From Candidatus Egerieousia excrementavium (lineage in GTDB: Bacteria > Bacteroidota > Bacteroidia > Bacteroidales > UBA932), in NCBI GenBank assembly GCA_017694275.1, contig JADINB010000136.1:1-43793 (forward strand): 43,793 nt of DNA, read 5' to 3'. How positions within the stretch are numbered: position 1 is the first letter of the stretch; the number at the start of each line of letters is the position of its first letter. Of this stretch, positions 9,787 to 18,759 are shown piece by piece. Made by a program: the position numbers and the translations under genes. Under the pieces are notes generated by a model, which had not been told where the DNA came from, did not search any database, and saw only the letters and a program-made list of their open reading frames with translations.

Positions 9787-10581
9787 TTATCCTTTTATAA
9801 ATGCGGTTATTGCTGCAACACACTCTTTCTGACATTCTATAAAGGAGTTGTGCCCGCAGGGAGCCAGTCTTCTGACAACAGCTTTAGTACACAGGGAGGC
9901 TATCTGGTCTGCCATCTGGGTCGGGATAAACTTGTCGTCATTGCCAAAGAACAGAAGTGCCTTTTCTGCCTTGGAAAGGGTCTCGCTATTATCTGTGCGC
10001 TGCATCATGCCCCTAAGGCAGGCGGTTATCCCAGCCGGGTCATGTGCCTCACAGATCTCGATTGTTTCCTCTATTTTGTCATCGAATTTTCTAAGGTTTT
10101 GGGCCGCATACATCTTAGGGATACTTAATGCGGCAAGGCTTAGGAGTTTGCCGTTATTTATAAGTTCTATTTCCCGCTCCCTGTCTGCCTTCTTTTCCGG
10201 GGCGTCTGCGTATGGATTGGAATTGAGCAGTATAATACCTTCGTAGGTTTCAGGATGTCTTGCGAGACATTGTTGCGCGACATAGCCGCCCATGGAGTGA
10301 CCTGCAACGTATGCCTTTTCTACTCCACTTATCTTCAGGACTTCTGTTGTTATGTCTGCTGCAAATTCAATGCTGTTTATCTCCGGATTGGAGCCTGTCA
10401 GACCGTGCCCTGGCAGGTCTATCGCTATTACTCTGAACCCTTCGTTCTGGAGTGCCTCGGAAAATTCTTCAAAAATATAGAGGGTTTCGAGGTACCCATG
10501 CAGCAGAATTATTGTCTTTTCTCCTTTTTTTGAATCGGAAATATGAATCGGAAGTGATCCTGTAGTTGCAAAAAATTCCAT
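9787..10581 (-). CDS. Alpha/beta-fold hydrolase
   Basis: HG oxyanion motif LLHGY and nucleophile elbow GHSMGG. Length is 264 aa. Confidence 0.8.
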   Translation of the reverse strand: MEFFATTGSLPIHISDSKKGEKTIILLHGYLETLYIFEEFSEALQNEGFRVIAIDLPGHGLTGSNPEINSIEFAADITTEVLKISGVEKAYVAGHSMGGYVAQQCLARHPETYEGIILLNSNPYADAPEKKADREREIELINNGKLLSLAALSIPKMYAAQNLRKFDDKIEETIEICEAHDPAGITACLRGMMQRTDNSETLSKAEKALLFFGNDDKFIPTQMADQIASLCTKAVVRRLAPCGHNSFIECQKECVAAITAFIKG

Positions 10582-10602
10582 ATATAGATTTCTCTTCTAT
10601 GG

Positions 10603-10610
10603 CAAAGATA
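10603..10610 (-). promoter_or_regulatory. -7 box (TATCTTTG on the minus strand) for the alpha/beta hydrolase gene
   Basis: Matches TAnnTTTG, 22 bp upstream of the ATG at 10581. Confidence 0.4.
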
Positions 10611-10648
10611 GGAATTTTATGTTGAATGTGCTCTTATGATAATAAATA

Positions 10649-10668
10649 AGGCGGCCTTTCGGCCGCCT
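10649..10668 (-). terminator. Terminator hairpin after the tonB-like gene
   Basis: AGGCGGCC-TTTC-GGCCGCCT, flanked by T-rich runs on both strands. Confidence 0.55.
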
Positions 10669-10694
10669 CTCTTTTTTCTTCTGACAGATTGTTA

Positions 10695-11390
10695 TTACAT
10701 CAATCTGAAGATAACGGGGAATGTGTATCTTACTCTCACCGGCCGGTCTCTTTGCTTGCCAGGTGTCCATTTAGGAGAGCTTTGTACAACTCTCACAGCT
10801 TCCCTGTCAAGGGATGAGTCTATACCACGCAGTACAACCACGTTTGTAACGCTTCCATCTCTCTCAACAGTGAACTGTAACATCACACGCCCGCTTATAC
10901 CGTTCTCTTTGGCAATTTCTGGGTATACGATGTTATTTGAAACCCATTTCGTGAATTCAGACTGGTCTCCACCCATGAATTTGGGTTTCTCGTCAACGAT
11001 TGCAACAGGAATTTCCTCTTCCTCTTCTTCCTCTTCAGTTGTGCCTTGAGGAACATAGTTTCTGATTTCAACTCCCATGTCGGCATCATCTTCGACAGAT
11101 ATAAGCAACTCAGTGTCTACTTGTATGTCATCGTCAACGATATCGATGAAGTCTGACAGAACAGGCTCCTTTGGTGCCTCTGGCGGAGGGGGAGTCTCTT
11201 CCTGGGTAATAGGAATAATTTCTTCTTCTGCCACAACAGCAGTCTCTTCTTGGAATGTACTTACGGTTTTCTCAGCAGTACTCCATTCAAATGCCGCAAG
11301 AACCAGCAAAAGGGCTATAATTAAACCAACTTCCCTGTAAAGTAATTTTTTGCCCTCCAAGTCGGCTTTCGGTGATTTTTTAATTTCCAT
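10695..11390 (-). CDS. Energy transducer TonB family protein
   Basis: N-terminal TM anchor (GLIIALLLVLAAFEW), a Pro/Glu-rich linker (PPPPEAPKEP, EEEEEEEE), and a TonB C-terminal domain (YPEIAKENGISGRVMLQFTVERDGSV). Confidence 0.85.
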   Translation of the reverse strand: MEIKKSPKADLEGKKLLYREVGLIIALLLVLAAFEWSTAEKTVSTFQEETAVVAEEEIIPITQEETPPPPEAPKEPVLSDFIDIVDDDIQVDTELLISVEDDADMGVEIRNYVPQGTTEEEEEEEEIPVAIVDEKPKFMGGDQSEFTKWVSNNIVYPEIAKENGISGRVMLQFTVERDGSVTNVVVLRGIDSSLDREAVRVVQSSPKWTPGKQRDRPVRVRYTFPVIFRLM

Positions 11391-11537
11391 ATTCTTTGAG
11401 TATTTTCCGTATTTAAGCGTTGTAAAATTAGTAAATTATTTACAATCTGCGGCAAAAATGTTGACAAACTTGTGAAAATTTATTACAAACAACGCATTGT
11501 CAGGAAGTTATACCGATGATAATTATTAACAATTCCC

Positions 11538-12479
11538 TTACACGAGCTTCATTTCGTGAAGAACACTATTGGTTTTCCTCACTGCATCTGCGCTCTTGTT
11601 GAACAGATCCTGCTCTTCTTTGTTGAGTTTGAGTTTTACGACTTTCTCACAGCCTTTCCTGCCAATGACTGCAGGTACTCCAATGCAGATGTCTTCTTGT
11701 CCATATTCACCGTTCAGGGCTACGCAGCAAGGATATACTTTTTTCTCATCAAGTATGATAGCCTTTACCAGAGCGGCTCCGGCTGCGCCCGGTGCGTACC
11801 ATGCAGACGTTCCAAGAAGTTTTGTAAGAGTTGCTCCACCGACCATTGTATCGGCAACCACTTTGTCAGCAACGGCCTTTGAGAGCAGTTCCTTTACAGG
11901 TGTACCCTTGTAGTTAGCAAAGCGGATGAGGGGAATCATGGTTGTATCGCCATGCCCGCCGATAACCATACCCTCGATGTCGCTCGGTGCTCCTTTGAGA
12001 GCCATGCTCAGGTAGCATGTGAAGCGGCTGCTGTCGAGAATACCACCCATTCCGATGATCCTGTTTTTGGGAAGTTTGTATTTCTTGTATGTAAGATATG
12101 TCATTGTATCCATAGGGTTGGCTATTACAACCAGTATGGCATTTGGCGAGTATTTGAGGATGTTGTCTACTACACCGCTTACAATGCCGGCGTTTACGCC
12201 TATCAGTTCCTCCCTTGTCATGCCAGGCTTTCTTGGCATGCCTGATGTGATGACTACTACATCTGATTTTGCAGTTGCCTTGTAATCGTTGGTAACGCCC
12301 TTGATTTTTGTAGTGAACTGATAAAGGTTTGCAGATTGCTGCATGTCGAGTGCTTTTCCTTCTGCCACGCCCTCTTTAATGTCGAGCAATACTATTTCTG
12401 AACAGAATTTCATATGCAACATTGCGTTTGCACATGTGGCGCCCACGTTGCCGGCGCCAATTACACTTACTTTTGCCAT
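11538..12479 (-). CDS. mdh: Malate dehydrogenase (LDH-like family)
   Basis: Rossmann motif KVSVIGAGNVGAT, plus ITSGMPRKPGMTREEL and GGHGDTM-like IGGHGDTTMIP. Confidence 0.9.
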   Translation of the reverse strand: MAKVSVIGAGNVGATCANAMLHMKFCSEIVLLDIKEGVAEGKALDMQQSANLYQFTTKIKGVTNDYKATAKSDVVVITSGMPRKPGMTREELIGVNAGIVSGVVDNILKYSPNAILVVIANPMDTMTYLTYKKYKLPKNRIIGMGGILDSSRFTCYLSMALKGAPSDIEGMVIGGHGDTTMIPLIRFANYKGTPVKELLSKAVADKVVADTMVGGATLTKLLGTSAWYAPGAAGAALVKAIILDEKKVYPCCVALNGEYGQEDICIGVPAVIGRKGCEKVVKLKLNKEEQDLFNKSADAVRKTNSVLHEMKLV

Positions 12480-12525
12480 AATTATTTGATTTTGGTTTAA
12501 ACTTATTGGTTTTACATTACAATTC

Positions 12526-12533
12526 TATATTTG
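12526..12533 (+). promoter_or_regulatory. -7 box (TATATTTG) for ybeY-mnmG
   Basis: Matches TAnnTTTG in the divergent mdh/ybeY spacer. Confidence 0.35.
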
Positions 12534-12564
12534 CAGCTTTTTTGTAGTTTTGCGCATTACCTTA

Positions 12565-12572
12565 CAAAGGTA
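12565..12572 (-). promoter_or_regulatory. -7 box (TACCTTTG on the minus strand) for mdh
   Basis: Matches TAnnTTTG, 86 bp upstream of the mdh ATG. Confidence 0.35.
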
Positions 12573-12611
12573 GAAACTTTAACTGTATTTTGAACTCAAT
12601 ATCATAAAAGA

Positions 12612-13049
12612 ATGGTCAGATTTTTCACTCAGGACACCTCTTTTGACATTAAAGGCAAGTTGCTGCTCAGAAAATGGATAAAAACTGTAATCACGGCATA
12701 TAAATCGGTGCAGGGGGAGATAAGTATAATATTTTGTTCAGACAGCTATCTGCTTGAGATAAACAAAAAATATCTTGGGCACGACTATTATACAGATATA
12801 ATAACCTTTGATTATTGCGAGCAGAACAGAATCTCGGGTGATCTTTTCATAAGTGTAGATACAGTAAAGGCTAATGCAGAGTTTTACAACGTGGCATTTC
12901 ATGATGAGCTGCACAGAGTCATTATCCATGGGGTGTTGCACCTTCTTAAGGAGGACGATATGACTCCGACGCAGCAACAGCAGATGAGGGTTGCAGAGGA
13001 GAGAGCTCTTGCCATTCTTGCAGATATGCAATCTCAGGAGGCGAAGTGA
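12612..13049 (+). CDS. ybeY: rRNA maturation endoribonuclease YbeY
   Basis: Length is 145 aa, with the metal-binding region IIHGVLHLL. The stop is 1 nt before the mnmG ATG. Confidence 0.85.
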   Translation: MVRFFTQDTSFDIKGKLLLRKWIKTVITAYKSVQGEISIIFCSDSYLLEINKKYLGHDYYTDIITFDYCEQNRISGDLFISVDTVKANAEFYNVAFHDELHRVIIHGVLHLLKEDDMTPTQQQQMRVAEERALAILADMQSQEAK

Positions 13050-13050
13050 T

Positions 13051-15024
13051 ATGGAAAACAGATACGATATTATAGTTGTGGGTGCAGGCCATGCCGGATG
13101 TGAAGCTTCAGTTGCTGCTGCAAAATTGGGTTGCAAGGTATTGCTCATAACCATGGACATGAACAAAATAGCTCAAATGTCATGCAATCCGGCAATTGGA
13201 GGAATTGCAAAAGGACAGATTGTCAAGGAAATAGACGCTCTTGGCGGTTTTTCCGGGTTGGTTACAGATGCTTCTACCCTGCAATTTAGGATGTTAAACA
13301 GGTCTAAAGGCCCGGCCATGTGGAGCCCGCGTGCACAGTGCGACCGTATCTTTTTTTCATTCAACTGGAGATATGTTTTGGAAAACACTCCTAATCTTTA
13401 TATCTGGCAGGATGTCGTGGATGATATTCAAATTTCCGGCAGGGGAGAAGTTGAGTCTGTCTCGACAGTAATGGGGGCCAGGTTCTATACTTCAAAATTG
13501 ATTGTAACCGCAGGTACGTTCTTAAACGGAAAACTATTTGTGGGAAAAAGCATGACAGAAGGTGGAAGGGTTGGGGAGCTCTCATCTGACAGTATTACTT
13601 GTAAATTGAAATCGTTTGGAATCGAGTATGACAGGATGAAGACGGGCACCCCTCCAAGAATTGACGTACGTTCCATAGATCTTTCAAGACTTGAGGTCCA
13701 GCATGGCGATGAGTTCCCTGCCAGATTCTCGTTCTTAAATATACCATCTCCCATACAATCGTATGCATCTCAACTGTGCTGCTACATGGTGCATACTAAT
13801 GAGGCGGTGCACGATGCGCTTCGTAAGGGATTTAAGGATTCTCCTCTCTTTTCCGGAGTGATTCACGGCAGAGGCCCGAGATATTGTCCGAGCATAGAAG
13901 ATAAGCTGCGCACATTTGAAGGCAAGAATACGCATCAGCTCTTTCTGGAGCCTGAAGGTTGGAATACACATGAATACTATCTTCAAGGTTTTTCCTCATC
14001 GCTTCCGCTGCAAACTCAAATTGAGGCCCTGCGGAAAATTCCCGGACTGGAGAATGTAGAAATTTTCAGGGCAGCGTACGCGGTAGAGTACGATTATTTC
14101 CCACCAACGCAGTTGAAGCCCACTCTTGAATCCAAGATTGTAAGCGGGCTTTATTTTGCAGGACAGGTAAACGGGACTACAGGATATGAAGAGGCGGCGG
14201 CTCAGGGTTTGATGGCAGGAATAAATGCGGCCCTTTCAAATTCAGACAAAGAACCGTTGATCCTTAAACGAGATGAGGCCTATATTGGCGTTTTAATAGA
14301 TGACCTGGTTACAAAGGGAGTAGATGAGCCATACAGAATGTTTACTTCGAGGGCAGAGTATAGAATACTTTTAAGGCAGGACAATGCAGATTTAAGGCTT
14401 ACACCCGTGGGACATAGAATAGGGCTCGCTTCAGATGTGAGATTTGCCCTTATGGAGAAAAAGTATGCAAAGGTAAATGCCCTAATTGATGAAATGGATT
14501 CAAATTCGGTCATCTCTGACGAACTCAATCGTTACCTCTCTTCTGTTGGCACTTCTCCAGTTGAAGGCAGGCGCAAGTTGTCTGATCTTTTGCTGCGGCC
14601 TCAAGTGAGAATTTCAGACTTGCTTAAAAATGTTCCACGGGGAACAGAATATTTGTCTGCATTGGACGCACTGAACACAGAATGCACCAAGGAGATAAAA
14701 TTTCCGTATAAGCCGGACGCAGTAGTGTCGCAGAGCGTTTTTAAATCGAAATTCTCGCCTTCAGAAGAAGCTTTGGAGGCCGTAGAAATTGCCATAAAGT
14801 ATAGAGGTTATATTGAGAGAGAACGGAGAATGGCCGATAAGATCTTAAAACTGGAAAACATTGCCATTCCAGAAGAGTTCGATTTTAATAACGTGTCATC
14901 GCTTTCTATTGAGAGCAGGCAAAAACTTATAAAATATAGGCCATTGACAATCGCTCAGGCTTCAAGAATTCCTGGAGTTTCACCTGCAGACATTGCTGTT
15001 TTGTTGGTCTATTTTGGAAGATAA
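13051..15024 (+). CDS. mnmG: tRNA uridine 5-carboxymethylaminomethyl modification enzyme MnmG (GidA)
   Basis: Motifs [34 protein letters not shown] and [19 protein letters not shown] trimmed the start to MENRYD (ATG at 13051). Confidence 0.95.
   Translation: MENRYDIIVVGAGHAGCEASVAAAKLGCKVLLITMDMNKIAQMSCNPAIGGIAKGQIVKEIDALGGFSGLVTDASTLQFRMLNRSKGPAMWSPRAQCDRIFFSFNWRYVLENTPNLYIWQDVVDDIQISGRGEVESVSTVMGARFYTSKLIVTAGTFLNGKLFVGKSMTEGGRVGELSSDSITCKLKSFGIEYDRMKTGTPPRIDVRSIDLSRLEVQHGDEFPARFSFLNIPSPIQSYASQLCCYMVHTNEAVHDALRKGFKDSPLFSGVIHGRGPRYCPSIEDKLRTFEGKNTHQLFLEPEGWNTHEYYLQGFSSSLPLQTQIEALRKIPGLENVEIFRAAYAVEYDYFPPTQLKPTLESKIVSGLYFAGQVNGTTGYEEAAAQGLMAGINAALSNSDKEPLILKRDEAYIGVLIDDLVTKGVDEPYRMFTSRAEYRILLRQDNADLRLTPVGHRIGLASDVRFALMEKKYAKVNALIDEMDSNSVISDELNRYLSSVGTSPVEGRRKLSDLLLRPQVRISDLLKNVPRGTEYLSALDALNTECTKEIKFPYKPDAVVSQSVFKSKFSPSEEALEAVEIAIKYRGYIERERRMADKILKLENIAIPEEFDFNNVSSLSIESRQKLIKYRPLTIAQASRIPGVSPADIAVLLVYFGR
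14631..14646. promoter_or_regulatory. parS-like ParB-binding palindrome TGTTCCACGGGGAACA (inside mnmG)
   Basis: It differs by one central mismatch from the perfect palindrome TGTTCCACGTGGAACA. It encodes VPRGT within the mnmG reading frame. Confidence 0.6.
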
Positions 15025-15033
15025 GTCTGGAAA

Positions 15034-15049
15034 TGTTCCACGGGGAACA
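15034..15049. promoter_or_regulatory. Second identical parS-like palindrome TGTTCCACGGGGAACA (intergenic)
   Basis: The 19-nt string AAATGTTCCACGGGGAACA is identical to 14628..14646. This copy lies 10 bp after the mnmG stop. Confidence 0.6.
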
Positions 15050-15122
15050 AAGTACTATTTCTTTAAGTAAAGAGAAGTAAACAACTGTATTGTAGTAAAA
15101 ATCTATATTTCAATTATAGTTT

Positions 15123-16016
15123 TTATTCCATCGTAAAGTTGAAAAAACCGGCTTTGAGTTTTTTGATAATCTGTGTGGAGGATGTCAAGGGTTTTGCCAG
15201 TGCAAAACAGGCTTCAGCGTGTGATGTGGCCGGTGTGTATATGACAATTTGCTCTGCGCGTTCATTTACAGACAGTGCCGCTTCCCGGAGAATATTTGAA
15301 ATGATTTTGTCTGAAAGGTTGCAGTTTCGTTCGAGAAACAGTGATGTCTCTTCAATTATAACACAGTCTGGAGTATTGTAGTCTGCACGGGCTATGATAT
15401 ATTCGTCGTTGTTCCTGTATCTGAATCTGCATGTGCAGCCCCTGTCCAGAAGGGTGAGGTTTATTATGGTTTTACAGATCTCTTTTGGCCAAAGATAGAT
15501 AAGGCTCTCTGTTGCTGCACGTCGTTTATACAGAAAAGAGGGAGACAGTTGTGAGAAGCGTCTGGTTCTGGCAAGAGAAACCTCCCCTGTGTTTTCGAGG
15601 CAGATACGTCTCTCTTCCCTATTAAGGGGCAGTGTGAAACCTTGCTTCATATAATATCCAAACAGGTGCTCTTCTGCAGGACGGACAATCAGGAAGCTTT
15701 CTCCAAGGGTGGTGAAATGGGTGGCTATATGGTTCATCAATGCCGATGCCAGCCCTGCGCCCCTGGCCTTTTCTTTTGTTGCTACACCGTAAATGTATTC
15801 CCCTTTTATTCGGCCGATGGAAACCGGCAGTGCAAAGGCTGTCGACATTACTTCATTTTTGCATTTGTATACGAATGGGGTAAGGTGAGGATAGAGATCA
15901 TTGAAAATTATGGAGAGATAAAGTCTGTCAGATATGAATATATCTCTCCATATCTGATATATGGCTTCCTTATCCTCTTTGTCTGCCATTCCTATGTAGT
16001 CGTTGCCATTATTCAT
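15123..16016 (-). CDS. GNAT family N-acyltransferase with C-terminal extension
   Basis: Acyl-CoA binding motif VATKEKARGAGLASALMNHI. Length is 297 aa. It overlaps the upstream gene by 4 nt (ATGA). Confidence 0.7.
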   Translation of the reverse strand: MNNGNDYIGMADKEDKEAIYQIWRDIFISDRLYLSIIFNDLYPHLTPFVYKCKNEVMSTAFALPVSIGRIKGEYIYGVATKEKARGAGLASALMNHIATHFTTLGESFLIVRPAEEHLFGYYMKQGFTLPLNREERRICLENTGEVSLARTRRFSQLSPSFLYKRRAATESLIYLWPKEICKTIINLTLLDRGCTCRFRYRNNDEYIIARADYNTPDCVIIEETSLFLERNCNLSDKIISNILREAALSVNERAEQIVIYTPATSHAEACFALAKPLTSSTQIIKKLKAGFFNFTME

Positions 16017-17071
16017 TTGCCGGCTGAGAGAATTTTACCTATTGAAGTGATGAATTCGTCTATGTCTTCTTTTTGTGTGTTGAATGAGCACATCAGTCTT
16101 GCCTCGTTTACTGATTCGTCCCAGATATAGAAATAATATGTTTCATGCAGCTTGTCTGAAAGTTCTTTCGGCATTGTTGCAAAGACAGCGTTGCTTTCAA
16201 CCTTTTTTGAAATTTTTATGCAGTTGAACTGCTCCAGTTGCTCTGCCAGATATTTTGCCATTCCGTTGGAGTGCTTCGCCATTTTCAAATATAGGTTGTC
16301 AGACAGATAGGCTTCGAACTGTGCTGCAATAAACCTGTTTTTGGAATAGAGTTGGGTAGCCTGTTTTCTTATATAGCAGAGAGATTCTGCCATCTCCTTG
16401 TTTTTTCCTTCACGGCAGAATATTACAACTGCCTCACCGATAAGCAATCCGTTTTTTGTTCCGCCAAAAGAGAGGGAGTCTATATTGCAGTCTGCTGTGA
16501 TGGCCTTCACAGGCAAGTTCAATGCGGCAGCCGCATTGCTTATTCTTGAGCCGTCTACATGCAGATAGCCGCAGTTTTCATGCATCAGTTCTGCCAGGGC
16601 CTTTATCTCTTCCGGCGTGTAGAGCGTTCCCAGTTCTGTCGGCTGCGAAATGGAGAGAATCTTTGGCTGGGCGCGATGCTGGTCTCCGTAATCTGCAAAT
16701 GCCGTTTTTACTGTTTCAGGAGAGACCTTGCCGTCTATGTGATGCAGCGGGATGATTTTTGATGAGGTGAATTTGTCTGGAGCCCCGCATTCGTCTACGT
16801 TTATATGTGCCGTTGCCGGTGCGAGAATGGAATTGAAACTCTTCAGAAACGGTGCAAGCGCAACAACGTTCGCACCTGTACCGTTCAACACAAATAGCGC
16901 CTTACAGTCTCCTCCCAAAAGGTCTTCCAATTTTTCAAGAACAGAGACAGTATAGTCATCTGCTCCATATGATGTCCTGAAGCCGCGGTTTTCTTTTACA
17001 ACCGCCTCCATTATTAGCGGGTGAACTCCAGAATGGTTGTCGCTCCCGAAACTATGTTTCATTGTTGCCAT
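16013..17071 (-). CDS. ltaE: Threonine aldolase family PLP enzyme (beta-eliminating lyase fold)
   Basis: N-terminal FGSDNHSGVHP, NGTGANV, and SFGGTKNG carrying the PLP lysine. Length is 352 aa. The symbol is tentative. Confidence 0.75.
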   Translation of the reverse strand: MATMKHSFGSDNHSGVHPLIMEAVVKENRGFRTSYGADDYTVSVLEKLEDLLGGDCKALFVLNGTGANVVALAPFLKSFNSILAPATAHINVDECGAPDKFTSSKIIPLHHIDGKVSPETVKTAFADYGDQHRAQPKILSISQPTELGTLYTPEEIKALAELMHENCGYLHVDGSRISNAAAALNLPVKAITADCNIDSLSFGGTKNGLLIGEAVVIFCREGKNKEMAESLCYIRKQATQLYSKNRFIAAQFEAYLSDNLYLKMAKHSNGMAKYLAEQLEQFNCIKISKKVESNAVFATMPKELSDKLHETYYFYIWDESVNEARLMCSFNTQKEDIDEFITSIGKILSAGK

Positions 17072-17075
17072 GATC

Positions 17076-18218
17076 TTATTGTTTTTTCCTTGCAGGAATG
17101 TTTATACGCTCTTTTATCATTCTATGGTCTTGGTCGTAATAGAGAACAAGTGAACCGTTGTTTTCGAAATATATTGTATTCAGATATTTTGCACTTCTGT
17201 CTTTACTGTCCACCGCAGGTTCGCACCAGACAATCAGATATTGCGCTGTCTCATTTACGTAGACACATATAAGTGTAGTCTGCATACATTCAACTAAAGC
17301 GGCTGAATATGAGGCTGATTTGTCTGAATATTTGCTTTCTTTATATAGATTGACTATAGGATTGTTCTCATTTATAGCTATAAAGGTTAAATCAGATGCG
17401 CCTTCAGGATTTCTTTGGTACCAGTTTGAAATGGCATTTTTCTGTGCTGTCCTTTCATTTGAGAAGGGCACCAGGTTTTTGGAACTCTCCATCTGTCGCA
17501 AAAGAAAGTCCATTTGCGGTGCCGAACCGCTGCCTGGCTGTACAGCTTCCATGCAGTTGCCCTCTATAATCCCATTGCCTGTCTGCTCTCCGGCAAACAT
17601 TGCGTTGTAAAAAGTTGTGGAGCCGAGTGCCGGGCAGAGGTTGAAGATTATTTCTACATTTTCGTTCTTCCATTTTGTCCTTGGGTCTGTCTTGTCTGAA
17701 CTGTTCATATAGATGAACTCAAAATAGAGTTCATTATCAATCTCGACAGGCCTGAGAGTATCTGTAATAAACCGGAAAACATCCAGATTATCATCATTTG
17801 TGTAGAGGGGGGTGTCGAAGGTGCTTATCTGCTGCCATCCGGCGTGATTCTCTTTAAGTATGATATTCCGCAATGCCCTGTCTTGCCCGGAAGCCGTATA
17901 TGCTACGGCAAAGATATATTCAACATTATCTTTTCTGAACGGGGCAGCCAGAAAAGTGTCGTATTCAAATCCGGCAAAGATTTCTGTTGCCTGGGCAACA
18001 TTCCTGCGTGTAGTATTGGCCTCCCTTGTCAAAGAGTCTATCTTGCCTTGGATGGTTGGTGAAAATACAGATTCCGGATACTTTGCAAGGAATTTCCTGA
18101 ATGAAGCCATGTCTCCGTTTTCAATGGCGGCATTGTAGAGCTTTGTTTCCGCCCTTTTCTGCCCGTTTGCCGTAAAGGCGATAAGTAAAGAAAGGAGTAT
18201 GAAGAGAGATTTTTTCAT
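17076..18218 (-). CDS. Hypothetical secreted protein
   Basis: Starting at MKKSLFILLSLLIAFTANGQ gives a signal peptide (ATG at 18218). I recognise no family motif. It ends 4 nt upstream of the ltaE-like gene. Confidence 0.6.
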   Translation of the reverse strand: MKKSLFILLSLLIAFTANGQKRAETKLYNAAIENGDMASFRKFLAKYPESVFSPTIQGKIDSLTREANTTRRNVAQATEIFAGFEYDTFLAAPFRKDNVEYIFAVAYTASGQDRALRNIILKENHAGWQQISTFDTPLYTNDDNLDVFRFITDTLRPVEIDNELYFEFIYMNSSDKTDPRTKWKNENVEIIFNLCPALGSTTFYNAMFAGEQTGNGIIEGNCMEAVQPGSGSAPQMDFLLRQMESSKNLVPFSNERTAQKNAISNWYQRNPEGASDLTFIAINENNPIVNLYKESKYSDKSASYSAALVECMQTTLICVYVNETAQYLIVWCEPAVDSKDRSAKYLNTIYFENNGSLVLYYDQDHRMIKERINIPARKKQ

Positions 18219-18295
18219 GTGACCTGTAATTTTAAAAAAGACGGCCATCTAAGGATAGCCGCCTCTATAAGATTCAGATTTGCAGACTGTAACAG

Positions 18296-18673
18296 TTATT
18301 CGCAAATCTTTTCATATGCAGCAGCATCCAGCAGTTCTCCAAGTTCGTCGGGGTTTGACATCTCAACCTTGATCATCCAGCCTTTTCCGTAGGGGTCTGA
18401 ATTTACAGATTCCGGAGCGCTTTCCAGTTCAGAGTTGACCTCTATTACCTTTCCGGAAACGGGCATAAGAGCATCGGCTACGGTCTTTACGGCTTCGATA
18501 TTACCGAAAAGTTCGCCCTGCTGCAATTCTTCGCCTTCTGTCTGGATATCTACGAATACGATGTCGCCCAATTCGCTTTGGGCATAGTCTGTGATGCCTA
18601 CAACTGCCACGTTACCCTCAACTCTTACCCACTCATGGTCTTGAGAGTATTTCAGATTTTCAGGAATATTCAT
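18296..18673 (-). CDS. gcvH: Glycine cleavage system H protein
   Basis: Sequence [20 protein letters not shown]... and the lipoyl-lysine region [15 protein letters not shown]. The short start is supported by a -7 box lying inside the longer ORF. Confidence 0.9.
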   Translation of the reverse strand: MNIPENLKYSQDHEWVRVEGNVAVVGITDYAQSELGDIVFVDIQTEGEELQQGELFGNIEAVKTVADALMPVSGKVIEVNSELESAPESVNSDPYGKGWMIKVEMSNPDELGELLDAAAYEKICE

Positions 18674-18708
18674 ATTGGTGTCTTTTAATGTTTGTTTTCT
18701 ATGAGTGA

Positions 18709-18716
18709 CAAATTTA
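18709..18716 (-). promoter_or_regulatory. -7 box (TAAATTTG on the minus strand) for gcvH
   Basis: Matches TAnnTTTG, 36 bp upstream of the ATG at 18673. Confidence 0.4.
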
Positions 18717-18759
18717 TAAAAATTAGCCTTAATATATGCGAATGTCACAGAGTTTTTTT

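Noticed and set aside
10990-11040. A GAA/GAG-rich run in the tonB-like gene (encoding EEEEEEEE), considered as a possible slipped-strand phase-variation repeat.
   Set aside because: It is an imperfect mix of GAA and GAG codons rather than a pure tandem repeat, and acidic or proline-rich linkers are normal in TonB proteins.
13663-13671. GACGTACGT inside mnmG matches 9 of 10 positions of the B. fragilis Mpi inverted-repeat consensus as I recall it (ARACGTWCGT).
   Set aside because: There is a single copy inside a conserved coding region with no inverted partner nearby. A short palindromic word like this is expected by chance.
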